A DNA stretch of 63,856 nt, taken from positions 1-63,856 of the forward strand of contig CALSCP010000837.1 in NCBI GenBank assembly GCA_943704425.1, read 5' to 3'. The notes under the pieces were generated by a model that was not told the origin of the DNA, searched no databases, and saw nothing but the letters and a program-made list of their open reading frames with translations. The stretch is from Ministeria vibrans ATCC 50519 (taxonomy: Eukaryota > Protista > Filasterea). A program made the translations under genes and the position numbers. Below are positions 62,701-63,856 of the stretch, one piece after another; within the stretch, counting starts at the first letter, position 1; the number at the start of each line of letters is the position of its first letter.

Positions 62701-63856
62701 ACTTGACGGCGACACCAATGTTGCACGAGGCGTAGAGAGAGCCGCAGCGATCCATGCGCGCCTGGACGACGAAGAAGCTATCGGGCGAGCGAACGAGGTA
62801 ATGATCGCCGGCGCCCATGTAGGCATAGTTGGTGACGTCGAAGGAGGAGTAGTGCGGGTCACCCCACGAGCGGCACTGGAAGGGGTAGGCGGAGACAACG
62901 TTGACCGAGACGAGACGGTTGGCAATGCCCGAGACGTACGGGGCGTTGTCGGCGCTCAAGACGGAGGCGGTGATGACAAACGACGAGGCGCCGACGTGGT
63001 AGGCGGCGCGGTGCACGGCACAAACCTCCTGGGGAATGTCCCAGTTGGAGGCGTCAAAGTCCAGGTTGCAGTGAGTAAGGTAGACGTAGGCGGAGCCGCC
63101 GTTGGCGAGACTGACGGTGACTGACCCGGCGGGCTGGGTGGCGAGGCGCACGTTGAAGCAACCACGAGGCTGGTTGGCCGGGATGTCGAGCTGACCGGGC
63201 GACACGAGGATGCCAGGCGTCACGTCGGAGTAGAGGTAGTCGACGGGCACGACGACGTTGGAGCCGGTGATGCCGGGGCCGGTCCAGAAAAGCTTCCATG
63301 CGGCGTGCTGGGCCTCGTCGTAGTACTCAAAGACGATGGCAACCTTGACACCGGCGACAAGATGGATGCTGGCGGAGGTCGCCTCGGAGTACGAGTGCTC
63401 GCCCCAGTTGTCGATGACGAGAACGCCGTTGATGTAGACGCGCGAGCCGTCGTCGGAGCCGGCAGTGAAGGTGTAGTAGCCCGAGGTGGGCACCTGAATG
63501 GAGCCCGAGTAGCTGATGGAGAAGCCATCGACGTAGCCGTAGATGGAGCCGGTGCCAATGTCGCGGTCGACGTTGGGCTCGACGGTGACAATGCCGGCGC
63601 TGCCCGAGAGGTCCTTGTTGTCGAAGAAGGACGCCTGCAGACCGTGGCCAAGCCAAAAGTCAATGGTGACTGTTTCGCTTGTGCCCACGACGTAGTTGTA
63701 GTCGTCGGACGCCGTAATGGTAAGTGTGAACAGGAAGGAGTCGCGCGCGTCGACACTTTGCGTGGCACGGAACGACAGTGCCTGCTCAATGTACCAGGGA
63801 TGCGTGTCGTCAAAGGTCACCGACGACGTGATGGGCGTAATGGCATGGTTGCCACC
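47750..63856 (-). CDS. Giant type I membrane protein: PA14 - VWD - IPT-like - very long calcium-binding EGF array - TM - cytoplasmic tail (5' end outside window)
   Basis: Uninterrupted ORF of more than 5,350 aa. PA14: [22 protein letters not shown]: [16 protein letters not shown]...DD. About 110 repeats (estimated from length) of NINECxSxPCxNGGTCxDxVNxYxCxCxPGFTGxxC. TM: [22 protein letters not shown] followed by RRRK. Confidence 0.9.
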   Translation of the reverse strand, partial: GGNHAITPITSSVTFDDTHPWYIEQALSFRATQSVDARDSFLFTLTITASDDYNYVVGTSETVTIDFWLGHGLQASFFDNKDLSGSAGIVTVEPNVDRDIGTGSIYGYVDGFSISYSGSIQVPTSGYYTFTAGSDDGSRVYINGVLVIDNWGEHSYSEATSASIHLVAGVKVAIVFEYYDEAQHAAWKLFWTGPGITGSNVVVPVDYLYSDVTPGILVSPGQLDIPANQPRGCFNVRLATQPAGSVTVSLANGGSAYVYLTHCNLDFDASNWDIPQEVCAVHRAAYHVGASSFVITASVLSADNAPYVSGIANRLVSVNVVSAYPFQCRSWGDPHYSSFDVTNYAYMGAGDHYLVRSPDSFFVVQARMDRCGSLYASCNIGVAVKYGPSVISVSLHNSYPVVYVHGNYLASNIVIRSVSSIETQIELPDGSYVNVMSHQWSGGWYLNIMVEVSGAFANCVYGLCGVPNGNSGDDLTKPDGTLATNAVAFGSSWLAPHSESLFYYPTATVPTLSLPCGQSVSHQYYTPPEAYGLHPCAGSSTPYTGVVTNVWHQICATTNYCNPPTTPYTFTPVPPNYTPTWPNNHVQTTATATCSSYFLTGPFAQACIGIGFDTQMFYHSCIYDAQVCGCQTYAQQTLVAFYSACNHYAHTHSVTYPPMLHCPHFCSGHGSCSGAGVCSCDSGWGGYDCSNYIGGHPTANSVVPGYGSDIYEDGVVLVLGANYYASNTYTCHFNGLQVQALYVSYWQIACKVPAALAFGQVSLIIQHGSSVVASFPNYFRFIGCGDGILTPSLGEACDEGSSASIECTATCQCSPGFTGARCLTNINDCPPINPCQNGGTCVDGVGTFTCQCVPGFTGQNCEENINNCDPNPCNAVGSLNCIDQVNTYSCACAPGWTGRDCEVEINECASYPCSFAGTANCQNLIDRFVCSCNPGFTGLYCEENINDCQPFPCFASGTAQCIDGVTSYVCACKPGWTGVLCEENINECYPSPCDQYGTLQCLDGVNSFVCDCKPGYTGVLCSTNKNECASNPCQNNAYCQDLVNGYLCFCPNGFTGAQCQTNINECASNPCDAVGTKPNGCDDHVNGYTCDCRDGYTGRHCDNNVNECDSYPCHYGATCVDSIDSYVCECFPGFTGVHCETNVNECASNPCQNGAYCHDLINGYVCNCVAGYTGEHCQTDINECVSSPCKFEGTCNDHVNGYSCTCRAGFTGIHCETNVNECASAPCRNYGTCRDLIDGFECDCPAGFTGTYCGVNINECDPTACSNPGTLQCLDGINSHVCDCKPGYTGIRCEFNINDCYPDPCFRPGTAGCHDGIASYVCECQSGHTGVHCETNINECASVPCHHYGTCVDLVNGYECTCPPGYTGVHCETDVNDCDPSPCALYGTTACVDLVNDFRCDCDSGFTGRLCETNVNECGSNPCHHYGAIRCDDAVDGYTCACRPGYVGTHCEINTNECASSPCHNGGSCLDGINSYLCVCVPGYEGSNCETNTNECAAYPCDNAGTCHDGIDSYTCTCLPGYTGVTCQTNINECASNPCEVGAPCYDLVNGYSCNCPPGFVGFNCETNVNECASNPCLNNGICIDGIDSLTCNCPPGFRGPFCQTNIDECYPNPCNYFGTHTCLDGINSYSCVCLPGFTGTLCDININECHSLPCNYHGTSGCVDGVNHYSCTCKPGWTGVQCETNINECDPTPCNIIGTYGCDDGIDSFVCNCKTGWTGIHCEYNTNECMSNPCSGHGAYRCIDGIASYICDCKPGFTGTHCEENINECASAPCVNGATCVDAVNGYTCTCITGFVGSHCEVNVNECRFEPCRNGGTCNDGINSFTCDCLPGFSGVLCQTDIEECASNPCQNNGFCVDRVNGYECVCQIGFTGVLCQTNINECVSQPCSNGATCEDLINRYRCHCAYGFAGTQCEINVNECAGAPCLNGASCVDLVASYRCDCAPGFNGIHCEHNINECASNPCASGATCHDLDNGYICQCPPGFTGVHCETNVNECASNPCVSTGSTYCEDLSNGFLCHCKAGYTGTLCQTDINECDPRPCQNGGTCTDGINSFVCTCNPGYEGGVCEINTNECASAACHAPGTDHCVDNIASYVCICKLGWTGPYCHVNINECASVPCNQVGGSCTDLIDGYRCDCNAGWTGLLCEQNINECESSPCAAGGLCIDRVNGFTCDCAPGFSGARCEIQINECFSSPCNQYGTRQCQDYVNGYSCDCLQGWTGTHCETNIDDCNPSPCSPAGTANCFDGINSAFCQCLPGFTGGHCETNIDDCAHNPCDNTGSVICVDGIASYECVCKSGFQSQDCSVNINECSSLPCRNGGTCNDYVASYSCSCPAGFTGTHCENEDFCHSNPCQNQGTCSSHHYGYSCRCTTGYGGLDCERNLEECASYPCRNSGTCVDGFGSFTCQCPRYFTGIHCETETIQIQPILEFPATCAWDQDENAHKGDCETTWGYHNHAGAQTIFAGPDNEFMPNPTDRGQTTSFQYGRVHSAFVVRARCADFPQTWSVSSRSDTATTSHLTMNCGICGGCRNGGYCVSGQCVCVNGYTGDACHVKPDICDPNPCHTGTCLLNGYGGYYCSCPHGFSGYHCETNIDDCAYPSPCSHVGTLTCHDLIADYQCECKAGWTGRACNININECASNPCSHDGTEPFGCLDYAGGYTCRCKFGYTGARCEILANACVSSPCVNGGACHVDLSGLGFYCTCPSGFTGYTCGGDINECLSSPCMHGTCTDLAGGYSCACLPGYYGSTCSHSVDECASDPCPGHSDCIDLHLGYVCVCHSGYSSNCVAPSPAVCTTYNPCAHGAICTLQGYQAHCTCTPGWTGPHCDVPIDMCSTSPCYGSSTCHGYHNGYYCSCPPGWTGTYCQYDINECLSYPCAHGSTCTDGNNGYTCTCAPGYTGTNCQYPIAACYGHPCLNGANCHDYYTHYVCQCAAGFTGLHCETNINECASTPCHNGGTCFDEINGYTCECVPGFCSHDCSEQVNECASNPCQSYGTCIDGHNSFTCVCPAGLTGVVCEVNIDECASSPCMGGYCVDGFNSYSCHCLTGYTGTNCDVDIDDCASNPCLNYGTCVDLFNAYYCQCRPGYEGHLCQVSTNECASNPCQYGGTCVDQHLGYYCICPYGHGGHHCSSDVNQCDSNPCKYGSTCIDGQYSFTCMCAPGFTGPTCHLPDVCASQPCQSGGTCAVVNHYQYLCTCVQGTYGANCEHQENECVSHPCQNGATCVDQHFGYSCLCQPGWEGSDCSIERNECVSMPCQHGGTCVDHFNGYSCQCAPGYTGYYCEVNINECASHPCSYVGTQGHCMDQINSFFCPCRPGYTGPTCSVDINECASTPCQNGGTCSDHVNGYTCACAPGFQGLECQTNINECAHYQCLNGATCVDGINSFVCQCAHGYTGTYCADNIAECYSYPCQNGGTCFDYIGGYNCACVLGYVGNNCETNYNECHNYPCQNGGTCTDLVNAFSCECAPGWTGSTCTVNVDECASNPCQNVATCHDLVNGYTCQCAPGYEGTHCETDINECASNPCQNSGYCVDKVNHFVCMCAPGFTATRCEVNIDECASNPCLNGATCKDAINGYACMCAPGFYGVHCETDVNECASNPCINHGTCVDVVNGFECRCPSGYVGRRCEVNFDECLSNPCQHEGDCVDHVDGYTCECESGYTGTHCEVNINECNSYPCQNGGSCFDGIDNYLCYCKPGFAGNNCQTDVNECASNPCQNGATCNDHVNAYSCTCAPGWEGRDCTINTNECMSYPCSHYATCFDGVNGYRCECKSGFTGVHCEEDIEECASLPCQNGATCYDGPLAYLCVCVDGFTGTLCETNINECSSNPCQNGATCVDGVNGYTCDCVPGYNGLYCQFNIYECNSHPCQNGATCIDGINEYTCNCVPGYTGVNCQTDIDECASNPCQHDGSCTDLVNMYACSCVVGYTGADCQTNIDECVSAPCLNGATCNDQVNSYSCTCAPGFTGVHCEINIDECASSPCHHGGDCFDGRNGYLCVCRPGFTGGHCETNIDDCVSGPCVNGGTCLDGVLSHTCACVPGFTGYACETNIDECASNPCQYLGTCTDGIDGYTCRCKFGFSGPNCETNDDECASTPCLNGASCCDNINGYECHCASGWSGVHCEINVNECSSTPCQNGATCHDAIDGYSCECASGWTGVHCDINVDECASSPCNPIGCDACVDRVDAFYCPCHPGFTGARCETDIDECASNPCVNGATCYDHVNLFECQCIPGYTGRHCETDINECEVDKYGQGPCRNGGHCNDLLNRFTCECVPGFTGATCETMVVECASNPCHNAATCYDRINGYQCVCILGFTGTHCETNINECSSNPCQNGGHCYDQVNYYLCTCQAGYTGTHCETDINECASNPCRNGGTCYDHINGYTCTCLPGYTGTQCWTDTNECASYPCQNYGTCVDDVDGYACNCVPGYTGANCETNINECSSAPCQNYGTCVDHVNSFTCTCRPGFSGVLCETNINECASNPCHNQGHCYDGVNGYTCTCAPGFEGIHCETNINECASYPCKNGATCHDHVNSYTCECRPGYAGEFCMDNIDECASNPCLNGGYCVDGIASWTCVCPSGWKGIQCQIDIDECASFPCLNWGTCHDAIDGYTCACQDGYTGTHCQTDINECASQPCQNGGACSDHVNSYSCTCQPGWEGVNCQTNTNECASYPCNHHGTCNDGINSFTCSCQAGYTGTNCETDINECMSYPCLNGGYCVDLVNAYRCSCRAGFTGEHCQTNINECASAPCENGGTCHDEVNGFRCECNALWTGTTCTVVDMCSSNPCQNGGSCMSTHSGTAYYCHCAFGSSGSLCENNADDCASSPCPLGSNCVDKVGSFSCECPHGKTGSDCTQTDFCYGVTACANGATCVNGASAYSCACADGYDGAHCTNNVDDCGAHACQNGATCVDGLNQYTCTCAPGFAGVRCSVNIDDCVAQPCQNGGTCVDGANTYTCTCAPGFEGTTCSKAVNQCSTNPCSNGGTCVSNGASYSCTCAPGFNGVHCQTNINECASQPCHAVYGTCIDGANSFTCQCVAGITGSLCTINIDECASQPCQNGGTCTDGIDEFTCACVAGFGGVTCAESTNVGAGGNTGAASSASGSSAGLVIGVIVAVIALLLLIVLLVAARRRKSAREEAAAAGASSEDAAAWAQRSGDGWTQGALYAKDGSSASADGNMGLVGSAGIVPAGVAAYSDQDEASATSLRSYSSASSLVDGRVSSAEGSTRAAVRRTGSSQSARRLGAAGGQSAVLDIAAASGSFHRAGRKAGVEGAEDAIGASDINSMISDEDVQVKTHTEERVLDDGTIEVVETTETVRTRSELVDGDHITHTTTRRPSIKADATLDNPLPGSVYGDGFEDDDSMVGESRL

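Noticed and set aside
47772-63813. Many long overlapping ORFs (e.g. 54722-57937 +, 58337-60769 +) as separate genes
   Set aside because: These are antisense or alternate-frame shadows of the GC3-rich, repetitive EGF gene and contain no recognisable domains.
47750-63856. Calling the EGF protein Notch
   Set aside because: It has no LNR/NOD domains before the TM and no ankyrin repeats in the tail.

Overview
Gene-dense genomic DNA from a eukaryote, probably a protist. It has short GT-AG introns, microsatellite-filled introns and N gaps, so the six-frame ORF track splits or mis-joins most genes. Manual splicing supports about 20 genes. Housekeeping genes include the 3' end of importin-9, TAM41, PET117, a partial PSMG2, SLX1, a QOR-type oxidoreductase, an SDR, a RhoGEF and a C2/VASt protein. 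Six genes or gene pairs are unusual. (1) One spliced gene of roughly 2,800 aa joins an apparently active caspase-fold (C14) domain, ANK, LRR, Roc-COR, a second Cys-to-Ser caspase-fold domain, NB-ARC and a TPR array, i.e. a Roco-NLR-caspase chimera. (2) A hybrid cluster protein and a CPR-like diflavin reductase sit head-to-head, both with mitochondrial-type presequences, suggesting an Hcp/Hcr-analogous NO-detox module. (3) An intronless RmlC-RmlD-His-type PLP dehydratase triple fusion could make a 3,6-dideoxyhexose. (4) A filamin/ABP-120-like actin-binding protein is fused to a BDH2-like SDR. (5) A DUF4062-NACHT-TPR protein ends in a polybasic CaaX box. (6) A type I membrane protein of >5,300 aa carries PA14, VWD and a long EGF array with no intron in the window. 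All family assignments come from motif recognition by eye; no searches were run.
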